From Pseudoxanthomonas sp. (lineage in GTDB: Bacteria > Pseudomonadota > Gammaproteobacteria > Xanthomonadales > Xanthomonadaceae), in the NCBI GenBank assembly GCA_039807145.1, contig JBDHQQ010000001.1, forward strand, positions 800 through 64,799: a DNA stretch of 64,000 nucleotides, written 5' to 3'. The position numbers and the translations under genes were made by a program. The notes under the pieces were generated by a model. That model did no database searches, was not told the DNA's origin, and saw nothing but the letters and a program-made list of their open reading frames with translations. This document shows positions 9,734-20,246 of this stretch, in pieces. Each line of letters starts with the position of its first letter. The stretch's first letter is position 1.

Positions 9734-10975
9734 TCAATCGGCTATAGGATTTCCATCCATGCGTGCAGCCGTGATCGCCGCAATGCGCGCCTTGCGCAAC
9801 GCTTCGCCGATCTGCGGGCCGCTCAAGCCCTGCTGTGCCAGATCCTTCGCGTTGACCGCTAACGCGGCGGCGTGCAGGCGCAGCAGTTCGCGACCCTGCG
9901 GGTAGTCGGTTTCTGCGCTGCCGCCACGTCCGCGCTTGTCCGCCTCGCAGACCGTCGCCAGCTGCGCGATGCGCTCGGGTTTGCGGAAGGCGTCGCAGCG
10001 CGCAAGCAGTTCGTATGCCGTCGCGTCGCGCAGTTCCGGCAGGCGGTGCACGTTGAGGTGTTCGCGGCAAGCCAGTTCGGCCAGTTCGCGGTGCTCGATC
10101 GGCACCTTGAGTCGCGCACACAGTGCGCGCAGCGGCGCGAGGCCGGCGGCTTCGTGGCCGATGTGCTTCGGCAGCTCGTCTTTCGGCGTCAGCGCCTTGC
10201 CCAGGTCGTGGCACAGCGCGGCGAAGCCGACCAGGTCGTCGCCGGGCGCGAGTTGCGCGGCCATGTCGCTGACCATCTGCTGGTGGATGCCAGTGTCGAC
10301 TTCCGGGTGGTATTCCGCGCGCTGCGGCACGCCGTACAGCGCATCGATCTCCGGAAGCACCGCGGCCAGCGCCTCGGCGTCGCGCAGCGTGGACAGGAAC
10401 GCGGATGGCCGCGGCGAGCGCAGCGCCTTGCGCAGTTCCTGCCACACGCGTTCGGGTACCAGTGCGTCGAGTTCGCCGGAGGCGGCGATTTCCCGCATCA
10501 GCGCCAGCGTTTCCGGCGCGACCCGGAAGCCCAGCGGTGCGAATCGCGCCATGAAGCGCGCCGCGCGCAGCACCCGCAGCGGGTCTTCCACGAAGGCCGG
10601 GCCGACGTGGCGCAGCACGCGTGCGTCGATGTCGCGCATGCCGCCGTGGGGGTCGACGAGATGGCCCTGTTCGTCCTGCGCAATCGCGTTGATGGTGAAA
10701 TCGCGGCGCTGCAGGTCTTCCTCCAGCGTCACCGATGGGTCGGCATCGACGACGAAGCCGCGATAACCGCGCCCCGACTTGCGTTCGGTGCGCGCCAGCG
10801 CGTGTTCTTCGCCGGTCTGCGGATGCAGGAACACCGGGAAGTCGCGACCGACCGGCTTGAAGCCCAGTGCAAGCATTTCGTCCGGCGTGGCGCCGACCAC
10901 GACCCAGTCGCGGTCGCCCGGCGAAAGTCCGAGCAACCGGTCGCGCACCGCACCGCCGACGAGATAGGTCTGCAT
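9734..10975 (-). CDS. cca: Multifunctional CCA tRNA nucleotidyltransferase / HD phosphatase
   Basis: [12 protein letters not shown]...[48 protein letters not shown]...HDLGK. Confidence 0.96.
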   Translation of the reverse strand: MQTYLVGGAVRDRLLGLSPGDRDWVVVGATPDEMLALGFKPVGRDFPVFLHPQTGEEHALARTERKSGRGYRGFVVDADPSVTLEEDLQRRDFTINAIAQDEQGHLVDPHGGMRDIDARVLRHVGPAFVEDPLRVLRAARFMARFAPLGFRVAPETLALMREIAASGELDALVPERVWQELRKALRSPRPSAFLSTLRDAEALAAVLPEIDALYGVPQRAEYHPEVDTGIHQQMVSDMAAQLAPGDDLVGFAALCHDLGKALTPKDELPKHIGHEAAGLAPLRALCARLKVPIEHRELAELACREHLNVHRLPELRDATAYELLARCDAFRKPERIAQLATVCEADKRGRGGSAETDYPQGRELLRLHAAALAVNAKDLAQQGLSGPQIGEALRKARIAAITAARMDGNPIAD

Positions 10976-10993
10976 GGGGGAATGATGCCTGAT

Positions 10994-11016
10994 CCCTTCT
11001 CCCCTCGGGAGAAGGG
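10994..11016. repeat. Family B hairpin between slt and cca
   Basis: CCCTTCTCCC-ctc-GGGAGAAGGG perfect 10-bp stem. Confidence 0.6.
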
Positions 11017-11025
11017 CAGCTGCTG

Positions 11026-12978
11026 TCAGCTCTTCGGCATCTGCGCCGTCGGGCAGACGAAGGGCTTGCGCTTCGCGTCCAGGCGGCCGTGCATGCGCTC
11101 GGTCAGCGGCAGCGCGGTGCCGTTCAAGCGCCAGTCGTACAGCACGCTGAAGGCCAGCACGCGGGCAACGTATTCGCGGGTTTCCTTGTAGCTGATCGTC
11201 TCGATCCAGTAGTCCGCGGGGAATTCCGGCCGCTGCGCCTGCCAGCGCGCGGTCGGCGTGGGGCCGGCGTTGTAGGCGGCGATGGTCACGTACGGCAGGC
11301 CGTACTTGTCCAGCAGTTCGCGCAGGTAGGCGCTGCCCAATGCGATGTTGGTATCGGAGTCGTACAGGCTGGTCGCGCCGGTCCACGGCAGGCCGTTCTT
11401 CGCCGCCGTCGCCGCGCCGGTAGCGGGCAGCACCTGCATCAGTCCCAGCGCATTGGCCTGCGAGCGCGCGCGCGGGTTGAACACGCTTTCGGCGCGGATC
11501 TCGGCGGCGATCCACGCCGGGTCCAGCGCGTTCTTCGCCGCTTCCCGGCGGATCGTGTCGCCGTGATGCAGCGGGAAGCGCAGCTGGTACAGGCGCTGCT
11601 CGTCGGGGTTCTTGCCCAGCGCGAACACCGCGCGGTCGAACCAGCCGTTGTCCTGCGCCACTTCCACGGCGAGGCGGCGCTGGGTGTCGTCGAAACGCTT
11701 CAGCGCGTCGTTCCATTCGGCGGTGGCCCAGCCGGAACGGTCGAGCTGCCACAGTTCCATCGCGCGGACGATGGCCGGGTCGCGCGCGATGGCGGCTTTC
11801 GCGCCAGCGTCGTCGTTGGGAATCCATGCGCACAGCGCGTACGGCTGTTGCAGGCGGTCGGCGGCGAGGAAGCCATGGAAGGTCGCCGATTTCGCGGCCA
11901 GCGCGAACAGTCGCTGCGCCTCCGTCCTGTCGCCGGTTTCCTCGGCCAGTCGCGCCTCGAAATAACGCCAGCGCGAATCCTCGCGCTGCGTCGGCGGCAT
12001 CCTGCGCAGTGCCGCCAGCGCGTTGCGCCAGTCGCCGCGCGCCATCGCTTCGCGCACCTGCCATTCGTGCAGCCGCTCGTCGTAGGCGGCGTCCGGCACC
12101 GCGGCGAGACGGCGCGCGGAATCGGGCTCGTAGCTGGCGACGGTCCACAGCGCGATTTCGTACAACACCCGGTTGCGCTGTTCTTCGCTCAGGCCCAGCG
12201 CGGCGGCGACTTGCGGCAGGCGCAGCTCGGCCACGCTTGCGTCGCGTTTGGCCAGGCGCGCCAGGCCGTAGGTCGCCATCTGCCGGCTGCGTTCGGTCTT
12301 CGGCCAGTCCGGTACGCCGGGACGCGCGGCGTCGATGAAAGCGGCGTAGTTGGCGGCCAATGTCGCCTCGGCCGCGGGCAGGCCGCGCGCGGCGGCTCGC
12401 ATCACGCCGGTCTGGCCTTCGGCGGCCGCGGCGTCGATGCGTTGCCAGCGCAGCTCCGGCATCAACAGGCCGCGCGCGTCCAGCTGCGCGAATACCGGGT
12501 CGCAGGCATCCGGCATCGACTTCGCCGCGCTGCGCCACAGCGCCTGCGCGTCTTCGTTCCACTGTGCGTCGAGCCTGCCGGCCGCCGCGCGCGCGCTCAG
12601 TTCGGCGCAGCGCAGCGCAATGCTTTCGCGCGGCTTCCATGCATCGAGGAAGGCCGGCCAGTCCTTGCGCTTGGCCAGTTCGCCCAGCCAGCCGCTGCGG
12701 AAGGTTTCGGCAACGGGCTGGCCGGCGTAGCGCTGCAGGAACGCCTGCGCCTGCGCGTCGGAAACGCCGGCCCAGTCGCGGGCCAGGGCCGCGTATTCGA
12801 CCCAGCCGTACAGCGGGTGCGAGGCGATGCCGGGGAACTGCGTGGCGTCGAAACCGCCGCGCTCGGCCGCTTCCAGCGCCGCGCGGACCGTCGGGCGCTG
12901 CGCGTCGAGGTTTTGCGCCTTGGCGGGCAGAGCCGTGCACGCGAACAGCACGGCGATGAGGGAATGGCGGGCGAACAT
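11026..12978 (-). CDS. slt: Soluble lytic murein transglycosylase (Slt70-like)
   Basis: Signal peptide; helical repeats; IRAESVF, GLMQV, AAYNAG, ETREYV. Confidence 0.93.
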   Translation of the reverse strand: MFARHSLIAVLFACTALPAKAQNLDAQRPTVRAALEAAERGGFDATQFPGIASHPLYGWVEYAALARDWAGVSDAQAQAFLQRYAGQPVAETFRSGWLGELAKRKDWPAFLDAWKPRESIALRCAELSARAAAGRLDAQWNEDAQALWRSAAKSMPDACDPVFAQLDARGLLMPELRWQRIDAAAAEGQTGVMRAAARGLPAAEATLAANYAAFIDAARPGVPDWPKTERSRQMATYGLARLAKRDASVAELRLPQVAAALGLSEEQRNRVLYEIALWTVASYEPDSARRLAAVPDAAYDERLHEWQVREAMARGDWRNALAALRRMPPTQREDSRWRYFEARLAEETGDRTEAQRLFALAAKSATFHGFLAADRLQQPYALCAWIPNDDAGAKAAIARDPAIVRAMELWQLDRSGWATAEWNDALKRFDDTQRRLAVEVAQDNGWFDRAVFALGKNPDEQRLYQLRFPLHHGDTIRREAAKNALDPAWIAAEIRAESVFNPRARSQANALGLMQVLPATGAATAAKNGLPWTGATSLYDSDTNIALGSAYLRELLDKYGLPYVTIAAYNAGPTPTARWQAQRPEFPADYWIETISYKETREYVARVLAFSVLYDWRLNGTALPLTERMHGRLDAKRKPFVCPTAQMPKS

Positions 12979-13054
12979 GTGCGGGAATATACGGGACGCA
13001 GGATGAACAGGTTCGTTCGCAATACTCTCGGTTATATGGTTGCGCGAAATCCTT

Positions 13055-13361
13055 CTCGTCATCCCCGCGAAGGCGAGGATCGCTCTTGCTTCTCTGCTCC
13101 CGCTTTGTAGAGCTGAATTCATTCAGCTGCTTCTGCTCCAGACGAAGAGTGACCGTAAATCCTCCTCTCCCCTCGTGGGAGAGGATGCCCCGAAGGGGCA
13201 GGAGAGGGGGCGCGAGTGTAGTGAGCGTGCTTTTGCGTTTCGGGCGAGGCGAAAAACCGGCCCCTCTCCCTCGCGCGTTTCACGCGCGTTTCCCTCTCCC
13301 GCAAGGAGAGAGGGAGGTTTTTTTGCTCGTCATCCCTGCCTTCACGGGGATGACGAGCAAA
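13055..13361. repeat. Composite repeat: family C inverted ends enclosing a family B element
   Basis: CTCGTCATCCCCGCGAAGGC at 13055 pairs with GCCTTCACGGGGATGACGAG ending 13357; family B element 13161-13316 inside. Confidence 0.7.
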
Positions 13362-13437
13362 CAAAAAGCCGCGAGGTTCCGTATCCTGCGTGGACGGTGC
13401 GCGATTTATTCGGTATTGCTTTCGCAAAGGAGCGGAC

Positions 13438-14247
13438 TTGGACTTTCTCGGCGGCATGTGGATGTACCCGCTGCTCGGCGCCATCGCCGGCATCCTGGCC
13501 GGTCTGCTCGGTGTCGGTGGCGGCCTGGTGCTGGTCGGCGCGCTGGCGTGGCTGCTGCCGCTGCAGGGCGTGCCGAAGGAAGCGGCGATGCACGCGGCGC
13601 TGGCCAGTTCGCTGGCCAGCATCGTGCTGACCGCCGCATCGTCGGCGCGTTCGCACAGCAGGCGCGGCAGCGTGCTGTGGCCGACGGTGAAGTGGATGGT
13701 GCCTGGCCTGCTGATCGGTGGTTGGCTGGGCAGCGGCTTCGCGGTGAAGCTGGACGATGCCGTGCTGCGCTGGATCGTCGCCGGCTATTGCACGCTGGCC
13801 GCGATGCAGCTGTTGTTCGGCAGGAACGGCAAGCCCGCCGACGGCGGGAACGCGCCCGCGCCGACCGGCTGGCCGATGGGCGCGGCCGGCGTCGGCATCG
13901 GCGCGCTGTCTTCGGTGGTCGGCATCGGCGGCGGGAGCATGACCGTGCCGCTGTTGGTCTGGCGTGGCGTCGCGCCGGTGCGCGCGGTCGGCACGTCCAG
14001 CGCCTGCGGCGTGGCCATCGGCTTCGCCAGCGCATTGGGTTACGCCCTGCACGCGCCCGCCGGCGCGTTGCCCGAGCATGCCGTTGGCTACGTGTACCTG
14101 CCCGCGGCGATCGGCGTCGCCGTGGCTTCGGTGCTGGCCGCGCCCTACGGCACGCGGCTGGCGCACTGGATCAGCGGCACTGCGTTGAAGCGCATCTTCG
14201 CCGCGTTCCTGCTGGCCGTGGCGGCGAGCATCGTGCTGGGCGGGTAA
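13438..14247 (+). CDS. TSUP / TauE-SafE family membrane exporter
   Basis: GLLGVGGGLV and VVGIGGGSMTVP repeats, AVGTS; TTG start 5 nt after AAGGAG (ATG 13456 is an alternative). Confidence 0.88.
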   Translation: MDFLGGMWMYPLLGAIAGILAGLLGVGGGLVLVGALAWLLPLQGVPKEAAMHAALASSLASIVLTAASSARSHSRRGSVLWPTVKWMVPGLLIGGWLGSGFAVKLDDAVLRWIVAGYCTLAAMQLLFGRNGKPADGGNAPAPTGWPMGAAGVGIGALSSVVGIGGGSMTVPLLVWRGVAPVRAVGTSSACGVAIGFASALGYALHAPAGALPEHAVGYVYLPAAIGVAVASVLAAPYGTRLAHWISGTALKRIFAAFLLAVAASIVLGG

Positions 14248-14282
14248 GCGCGGATGCGGCCATAGCCGCGATGCCGTTTGTC

Positions 14283-14362
14283 GTAGAGCGGGGCTTGCCC
14301 CGCCGCTTTTTTTCGATCCGTCGCACTTGCATGGAAGAGCAGCGGGGCAAGCCCCGCTCTAC
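14283..14362. repeat. GTAG-type REP doublet (family A)
   Basis: GTAGAGCGGGGCTTGCCCCGC and its reverse complement; also at 24517-24572 and 29635-29707. Confidence 0.88.
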
Positions 14363-14403
14363 GGAAGCGCGAGTTCGGGGGCATCGCCGCCATGGCGTTT
14401 CGC

Positions 14404-14922
14404 TCAGGCGTCGCCTTCGGTTCGCACGTGCGGCGCGAGGAAGGTCATGAAATCGGCCTTGCCCAGCGGCGCACCGAGCTTGCGCAGGATGGCGTAGGTA
14501 GTAGTGATGTGGAAATACAGGTTCGGCATCAGGTAGTCGCTGACGTACCGGCGCGCCGGCAGCACGCAGTAGCGGCCCGGGCCGAGGCCGATGCGCTTTT
14601 CCTCGTCCAGCTTGGCGTCGCCGGCGTCGATGGCGGCGACGAGTTCCTTCGTCCGGTGTATATGCGCGCGCGCCATTTCCACCGTGTCCACTTCCTTCGC
14701 CAGGTTCTCGACCGGCTGGCCGGCGCACCACTGCGCGAAGCCGCGCGGTTGGTTGCAGGCGAAGGCGATCTGCGTGCCGAGCGGAAACATGTCGGGCGCA
14801 AGGCGTTCCTGCAGTGCCGCTTCGAGGTCGAGATGTTCCGCGCCGACGTCGAGGATGTGGTCCAGCACGTCGAGGCGGGACAGGAAGATGCGCTTGATCT
14901 CGGAGATTTCGGAGTTGGTCAT
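14404..14922 (-). CDS. DUF1993 domain protein (DinB-like fold)
   Basis: RLAPDMFPL..QI, PNLYFHITTTYAILRKLGAPLGKADF. Confidence 0.85.
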   Translation of the reverse strand: MTNSEISEIKRIFLSRLDVLDHILDVGAEHLDLEAALQERLAPDMFPLGTQIAFACNQPRGFAQWCAGQPVENLAKEVDTVEMARAHIHRTKELVAAIDAGDAKLDEEKRIGLGPGRYCVLPARRYVSDYLMPNLYFHITTTYAILRKLGAPLGKADFMTFLAPHVRTEGDA

Positions 14923-14961
14923 GTGGGAATCCTTGAGCGTCGGGTTTGTACGGTGGTTGCC

Positions 14962-15729
14962 TCAGTCGCGCAGCGCCTGCGCCGGCACTTCGATTTCCAG
15001 CGCCAACGCCAGGTGGTCGGAATTGGCGGCGGGCAGCGCGTGCGGCTGGGTGGGCTGCAGGGGATCGCTGGCGAGGATGTGGTCGATGGCGCGCTGCGGG
15101 CGCCAGCTGGGAAAGGTCGGCACGCATTCGCGCGGCGGGCGCAGGTGGGTGCGTTCGTACAGGCGTTCCATTTCGGGACGCTCGGCCACGCAGTTGAAGT
15201 CGCCCATCAGTACCGCGTGGCGATGGTCGCCGAGCAGTTCGGTGATGAAGTCGATCTGCGCGCGCCGCGACGTCGCGCCCAGCGACAGGTGCGCGATCGC
15301 GATCACCAGCCCGTCGTCGCCGTCGCCGTAGCGCGCCAGCAGCACGCCGCGTCCGGGGATGCGGCCGGGCAGGGTGTGGTCGGTGATTTCGAGCGGCTCC
15401 AGCCGGCTGAGCAGGCCGTTGGCGCTGCCGGCGACGCGGGCGACGCTGCGGTTGGGCTGGTGGCTCCAGAAATCGAAGCCGCCGTGCTCGGCCAGGTAGT
15501 GGGTCTGGTTGGTGAAGCCCGAGCGCAGGCTGCCGGGATCGGCTTCCTGCAGGCCGACGATGTCGTGGTCGCGGGCCAGCTGGGCGATCGCGTCCAGGCT
15601 GCTGCGCTTGCGTCCCATCGGCAGCGCGTGCGACCAGCTGCGGGTCACGTAGTCGCTGTAGCGGCGGGTGCTGGAGCCGGCCTGGATGTTGGCGCTGAGC
15701 AGGCGCAGGCGGCGTGGAGCGGCGGCCAT
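14962..15729 (-). CDS. Endonuclease/exonuclease/phosphatase family protein
   Basis: LLSANIQ, GLQEAD, AHLSL, MGDFN, IDHIL, SDH. Confidence 0.9.
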   Translation of the reverse strand: MAAAPRRLRLLSANIQAGSSTRRYSDYVTRSWSHALPMGRKRSSLDAIAQLARDHDIVGLQEADPGSLRSGFTNQTHYLAEHGGFDFWSHQPNRSVARVAGSANGLLSRLEPLEITDHTLPGRIPGRGVLLARYGDGDDGLVIAIAHLSLGATSRRAQIDFITELLGDHRHAVLMGDFNCVAERPEMERLYERTHLRPPRECVPTFPSWRPQRAIDHILASDPLQPTQPHALPAANSDHLALALEIEVPAQALRD

Positions 15730-15740
15730 GCGGCGACGGT

Positions 15741-16397
15741 TTACTTGCGGCCGGCGGCGGCGCGACGCTTCGTCCGCTCCTGCGCGACCAGCCAGTCGGC
15801 GATGCGCAGGATGTCGTCGAAGGTGCGCCCGCCGGTGACCTTGTAGCGCCCGGCGATGATCAGCGTCGGCGTGGCGTCGGTTCCGGTCTTGACCAGGAAA
15901 TCGCCGGCGCGGCGGACCTGCGCATCGACTTCGGCGCCACGGACGGTCGTGGAGAAGACTTCGGGCTTGATGCCATAGCCGGCGTAGAACGTCGCCAGCT
16001 CGTCCACCGACACGTTCTGGATCGGCAGCGAGTGGTCGACGTGCAGCGCGTCGAACATCGCCTGGTGGCTGCGCTCGCGCACGCCGAGGCGTTCGGCGGC
16101 GTAGTAGGCGCGCGCGTACGGCAGCCAGTAGCCGCCGAACGGCGCCGGGATCCGGGTCAGCTTGACGTCGGCCGGCTGGCGGCGCGCCCACGCGGCGAGC
16201 ACCGGTTCGAAATGCGCGCAGTGCGGGCAGGTGTAGCCGAACACCTCGGCCACCTCGATCTTGCCCGCGACGGGCGCGAAGGGCTGGCCGCCGGCAATCT
16301 CGACATAGTCCACGCCAGCCACCGGCGCGGTCGTCGCCGCCAGCGCCGGCCCGGCCAGCGCCAGCAGTGCGAACGCGAACCAGGCGTGCAGGCGCAT
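15741..16397 (-). CDS. dsbA: Thiol:disulfide interchange protein DsbA (CPHC)
   Basis: Sec signal, EVFGYTCPHCAHFEP, ATPT cis-Pro loop. Confidence 0.9.
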   Translation of the reverse strand: MRLHAWFAFALLALAGPALAATTAPVAGVDYVEIAGGQPFAPVAGKIEVAEVFGYTCPHCAHFEPVLAAWARRQPADVKLTRIPAPFGGYWLPYARAYYAAERLGVRERSHQAMFDALHVDHSLPIQNVSVDELATFYAGYGIKPEVFSTTVRGAEVDAQVRRAGDFLVKTGTDATPTLIIAGRYKVTGGRTFDDILRIADWLVAQERTKRRAAAGRK

Positions 16398-17215
16398 CAG
16401 CGGGCGCCCCCCGCGCTGCCGGTGGCGGCGCGTTCCTGCGCGACCAGGCCGTCGGCGATGCGCAGCATGTCTTCCCAGTTGCGGCCCTTGACCAGGTACT
16501 TGCCGTTGACGATCAGCGACGGCGTGCTGCCGATCTGGCTGCGGGTCATGAACTGCTTGGCCCGGTTGAGCTTGCCGGCCATGGCGAAGCTGTTCATGGT
16601 GTTCTTGAACGTCGCCGCATCGGCGCCGTAGGGAGCGAAGAACGCGGCGATCTTGTCTTCGTCGATCTGGTCGCCTTCGCCCGGCAGCGTGCGCTGCAGG
16701 TGGATGGCCTGGTACACCGCGTCGTGGCTCTTGCGCGCCACGCCCAGCGCCTCGGCGGCGTAGTAGACCTTGGCGTAGGTGGTGAAGTCGGCGCGGAACG
16801 TCGCCGGCACCAGGGTCACGCGCACGTCGGCCGGTTGCCGGGCTTCCCACTTCTCGAACGAAGCCTTGAACGAGTAGCAGGCCGGGCAGATGTAGTTGAA
16901 GAACTCGACCACTTCGATCTTGCCGGCCAGCGGTTCGAACGGCTGGCCGCCGGGGATCTCGACGTAGTCCACGCCGGGCACCAGCGCCGGGCCGGTGTAC
17001 GGGGTCGGCGGTGGGCGCGGCGCTTCCGGCGCGTCTTCGACGGCGGGTGTGGGCGTTGCCGCCGCGGTTTCGGCCGGCGCGCTCTCGACCGGTACGGTCC
17101 CGGCGGGCTCCGCGGCAGGCGCGGGTTCCGCAACGGGCGTGGTTTCCGGTTGTTTCGGCGCGCATGCGGCGACGGCCAGCGTGGCAAGCAGGGCGAGGGC
17201 AAGGCGGAGTTTCAT
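16397..17215 (-). CDS. dsbA: DsbA-family lipoprotein (CPAC active site)
   Basis: LAVAAC lipobox, Pro/Ala linker, EFFNYICPACYSF, STPS loop; stop overlaps the start of the next dsbA. Confidence 0.85.
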   Translation of the reverse strand: MKLRLALALLATLAVAACAPKQPETTPVAEPAPAAEPAGTVPVESAPAETAAATPTPAVEDAPEAPRPPPTPYTGPALVPGVDYVEIPGGQPFEPLAGKIEVVEFFNYICPACYSFKASFEKWEARQPADVRVTLVPATFRADFTTYAKVYYAAEALGVARKSHDAVYQAIHLQRTLPGEGDQIDEDKIAAFFAPYGADAATFKNTMNSFAMAGKLNRAKQFMTRSQIGSTPSLIVNGKYLVKGRNWEDMLRIADGLVAQERAATGSAGGAR

Positions 17216-17331
17216 GCGGCGGATTCCCGAGCGTGCGTTGAAAACGAAAGCGCCGGCCATGATCGGGCCGGCGCGATGAACCGGGGCTGGCCCCGCCGCC
17301 GCCCGGGACGGCGCGGACGGCGCGGCCGCGC

Positions 17332-18123
17332 TTACGACTGCTGCTGCGCCTTGGCCTTGGCCGCGGCTTCGTCGTCGGCGCGGTTGTGCAGGCCCTGCAG
17401 GTAGCTGGCCAGCGCCTGGATGTCCTGGTCGGTCAGGCCGTGGGCGACCTGCGCCATGATGTTGAAGTGCGCCGGATCCTTTTCGGTGGTGGTGCCGGTG
17501 CGGTAGGCCTGCAGGCGCGCGACCAGGTAATCCTGGTGCTGGCCGCCGACGTGCGGATAGGCCGGGCCCGGGTTGCCGGCGCCGGTCGGGCCGTGGCAGG
17601 CCATGCACGCGGGGATGCCGCGGCCGGCGTCGCCGGCCCGGTACAGCTGCTGGCCCACTTCGTAGAACTTCAGGCCCTTGAACGGACCGTCGGCGATCTC
17701 GGTGTCGTCGGCCAGGCCGGCGCCGCCCTTCTGGGTGGCGAAGTAGGCGCCGATGTCGCGCATGTCCTGCGCGTTGAGATCCTGCACGAACGGCAGCATC
17801 GCCACCGCCGCGCCGCCGCGCTCACCGCTGGCGATCAGCGCCATCTGCTGGGCGATGTAGCGCTCGCTCTGCCCGGCGATGCGCGGATAGACCGGCACGG
17901 CCGAATTGCCGTCCGCACCGTGGCAGGCCGCGCAGGTCGAGGCCTTGGTCTGTCCGGCCTTGGCGTCGCCCCAGTGGGTCTTGCTCAGGTCGATTTCCAG
18001 CGGCGCGGTCTGTACCGGCGCGTTGTCCGGCAGCGGCTGCACAGCGGTTTCCTGGGCGAAGGCCACCGCCCCCACCGCCGCAACGGCCAGTCCGGCCAGT
18101 CCCCAAACGCGAGCGTGGCGCAT
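17332..18123 (-). CDS. Di-heme cytochrome c4
   Basis: Signal peptide, CAACH and CMACH; divergent from engB as commonly seen in Gammaproteobacteria. Confidence 0.9.
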   Translation of the reverse strand: MRHARVWGLAGLAVAAVGAVAFAQETAVQPLPDNAPVQTAPLEIDLSKTHWGDAKAGQTKASTCAACHGADGNSAVPVYPRIAGQSERYIAQQMALIASGERGGAAVAMLPFVQDLNAQDMRDIGAYFATQKGGAGLADDTEIADGPFKGLKFYEVGQQLYRAGDAGRGIPACMACHGPTGAGNPGPAYPHVGGQHQDYLVARLQAYRTGTTTEKDPAHFNIMAQVAHGLTDQDIQALASYLQGLHNRADDEAAAKAKAQQQS

Positions 18124-18249
18124 GCTAAAAGCTCCAAAACCGAGGGAATGGTCCCTTTGAAAGATGCGGTCCGCCGAAACGGCCGCGGAACCCGTGGATT
18201 ATCGGCGCGGGGGGGCGGGGCGGTCAATTCGCCGGGTATCCTAGCCGCC

Positions 18250-18864
18250 ATGGCCCATCCCGCCCCCAACCCGCTCAACGCGGCGCGCTACCTGCTGTCA
18301 GCGCATACCGCCCGCCAGCTGCCGCCCGACGACGGGGTCGAAGTGGCATTCGCCGGCCGCTCCAACGCCGGCAAGTCCAGCGCGCTCAACGCCCTGGTCG
18401 GCCACAACGCCCTGGCCCGGGTATCCAAGACCCCCGGCCGCACCCAGCAGCTGGTCTATTTCGAGATCAAGCCGCAGAAGCTGCTGGTCGACCTGCCCGG
18501 CTACGGCTACGCCAAGGTGCCGCAGGAGCTGATGGCGCACTGGCAGGCCTTCGTCGACGGCTACTTCGTCGGCCGCCAGTCGCTGAAGGGGCTGGTCGTG
18601 GTGATGGACATCCGCCACCCGCTGAAGGACTACGACCGGCAGATGCTCGGCTACGCCGTGCGCCGCGGCCTTCCGGCTCACGCGCTGCTGACCAAGGCCG
18701 ACAAGCTGGGCCGCGGCCAGCAGGCCGACACCCTGCGCAAGGTGAAGAACGAACTGTTCTCCGCGTTCGGCGACAGTGTCGGCGTGCAGGCGTTCTCGGC
18801 CGAATCGAAGCAGGGCGTGGAGGAAGCGCGCGCAGTGGTGGCGGGGTGGTTGGGGCTCTCGTAA
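18250..18864 (+). CDS. engB: Ribosome biogenesis GTPase YihA/YsxC
   Basis: GRSNAGKSS, SKTPGRT, DLPGYG, TKADK. Confidence 0.95.
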   Translation: MAHPAPNPLNAARYLLSAHTARQLPPDDGVEVAFAGRSNAGKSSALNALVGHNALARVSKTPGRTQQLVYFEIKPQKLLVDLPGYGYAKVPQELMAHWQAFVDGYFVGRQSLKGLVVVMDIRHPLKDYDRQMLGYAVRRGLPAHALLTKADKLGRGQQADTLRKVKNELFSAFGDSVGVQAFSAESKQGVEEARAVVAGWLGLS

Positions 18865-18933
18865 AGCCGGGAAGACAGGCGACTGAATAGCATCATCGCG
18901 TGGGAATCAGTTGGTGACAGGAGCGTCGATAGC

Positions 18934-19311
18934 ATGAAGTTGCATGGATTGGCTCTGATGGCGATTACCTGGCTTGCGCCAGCTGTCGGCGCGTATGCCT
19001 CTGGTCAGCAAGAATCCGAGCGGACGCCCGATCTCAAGTGCGAAGTTGGCCCGCTGAACAGGAGCTACGGGGAAACGGATTGGCTGATCTATGCCTGCGA
19101 CGACTCGAGATCGATCGTCGTCGTGTCCGACAAGGGAAATCCAGCGCTGCCGTTTTTCTTCATCCTTTATGTCAAACCTGATGGGACGATGACGTTGTAT
19201 GGCGAAGGAGATGGCGACAAGGCGACGACCGCTGCCGCGTTCGAGGATCTGAAAAGGCTGACCCGTGAGGACGTGATGGCGCTGGTGCGCGAAGCGCGGG
19301 ACGTCAGGTAA
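18934..19311 (+). CDS. Hypothetical exported protein
   Basis: 125 aa, signal peptide, two Cys, visibly lower GC than neighbours. Confidence 0.65.
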   Translation: MKLHGLALMAITWLAPAVGAYASGQQESERTPDLKCEVGPLNRSYGETDWLIYACDDSRSIVVVSDKGNPALPFFFILYVKPDGTMTLYGEGDGDKATTAAAFEDLKRLTREDVMALVREARDVR

Positions 19312-19439
19312 GCCGTCTCACCTGGCCGGCGTCGAATCCGGGCGAAACGCCGGTCCCGCAGGTGGCCGCAAAGCCGTGTCCGCGGCGTTGGAAAAGGCGT
19401 GGCATGCGGATGCCCGCGTGGCGCTGCGAGGACGGGACG

Positions 19440-20207
19440 ATGGACGGAATCGACGTGAAAGCGGTGCTGGCGGCCGGCGCCTACGGTGCGGGCCTGCTGT
19501 TCTTCGCCTACGGCGCCTACGTGCTGGTGAATGCGAAATCCGGCCAGCAGGGCGTCAACGTGCGCTGGTTCCTCGGCATCGGCGCGGTGGTGTTCCTGGC
19601 CCTGGTCGGCCTGGACCTCGCCAGGCTGCTGCACGAGAAGGAAAAGATCGCGCCGAAGGTGTTCCTGTCCTTTGCGCCGACTTCGTCCGAGGTCGGCCTG
19701 CCCGAACCGCGGGTGACCTACAACGGCGTCCAGCGACCGCCCGGCAGCGCCATCGAAATCAGCGATGCCAGCGCCACCATCAGCGTCTCGGTGGAAAAGA
19801 TCATCGCGGCGGTCAAGCAGCTGCGCGAAAGCAAGGCCAACCTCGAAACCGCCCTGGGCCAGGCGGTGGCGCAGAACCTCCCCCAGGAGATGGCCTCCCA
19901 GGTCGCCAGCGTTGCCGCCGAGCCGGAAAAATGCGACGAGAACCATGTCGCCTGCGGCTGGGTGCAACTGTCGAAAGGCGACCTGGGCGCGGCGCAGGCG
20001 ACCTTCGAGAAAGCGGTCGCCGCCGGTTCGCCGGCCAGCCCGGCCCAGCGCGCGGCGGCCTTGCAAGGCCTGGGCGAAATCTACGCCGGGCAGGGGCGCG
20101 TCGATGAGGCCAGGCAGGCGCTGACCAAGGCCGGCAGCCTGGGCAACGCGAACGCGAGGAAGCGCCTGCTCACGATCGGCGCCGCGTACCAGAACGACGG
20201 GCAGTGA
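19440..20207 (+). CDS. Membrane-anchored protein with C-terminal TPR-like repeats
   Basis: Two N-terminal TM helices; GDLGAAQATFEKAV and LGEIYAGQGRVDEARQAL TPR-like motifs. Confidence 0.7.
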   Translation: MDGIDVKAVLAAGAYGAGLLFFAYGAYVLVNAKSGQQGVNVRWFLGIGAVVFLALVGLDLARLLHEKEKIAPKVFLSFAPTSSEVGLPEPRVTYNGVQRPPGSAIEISDASATISVSVEKIIAAVKQLRESKANLETALGQAVAQNLPQEMASQVASVAAEPEKCDENHVACGWVQLSKGDLGAAQATFEKAVAAGSPASPAQRAAALQGLGEIYAGQGRVDEARQALTKAGSLGNANARKRLLTIGAAYQNDGQ

Positions 20208-20246
20208 GCGGACCGGCGTCGCTTCGTGCCGGCCCGCTCGCCGCGG

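Noticed and set aside
9734-12940. Apparent 1068-aa protein ending in CCA enzyme
   Set aside because: The N-terminal part is an off-frame read-through of slt; real cca starts at ATG 10975.
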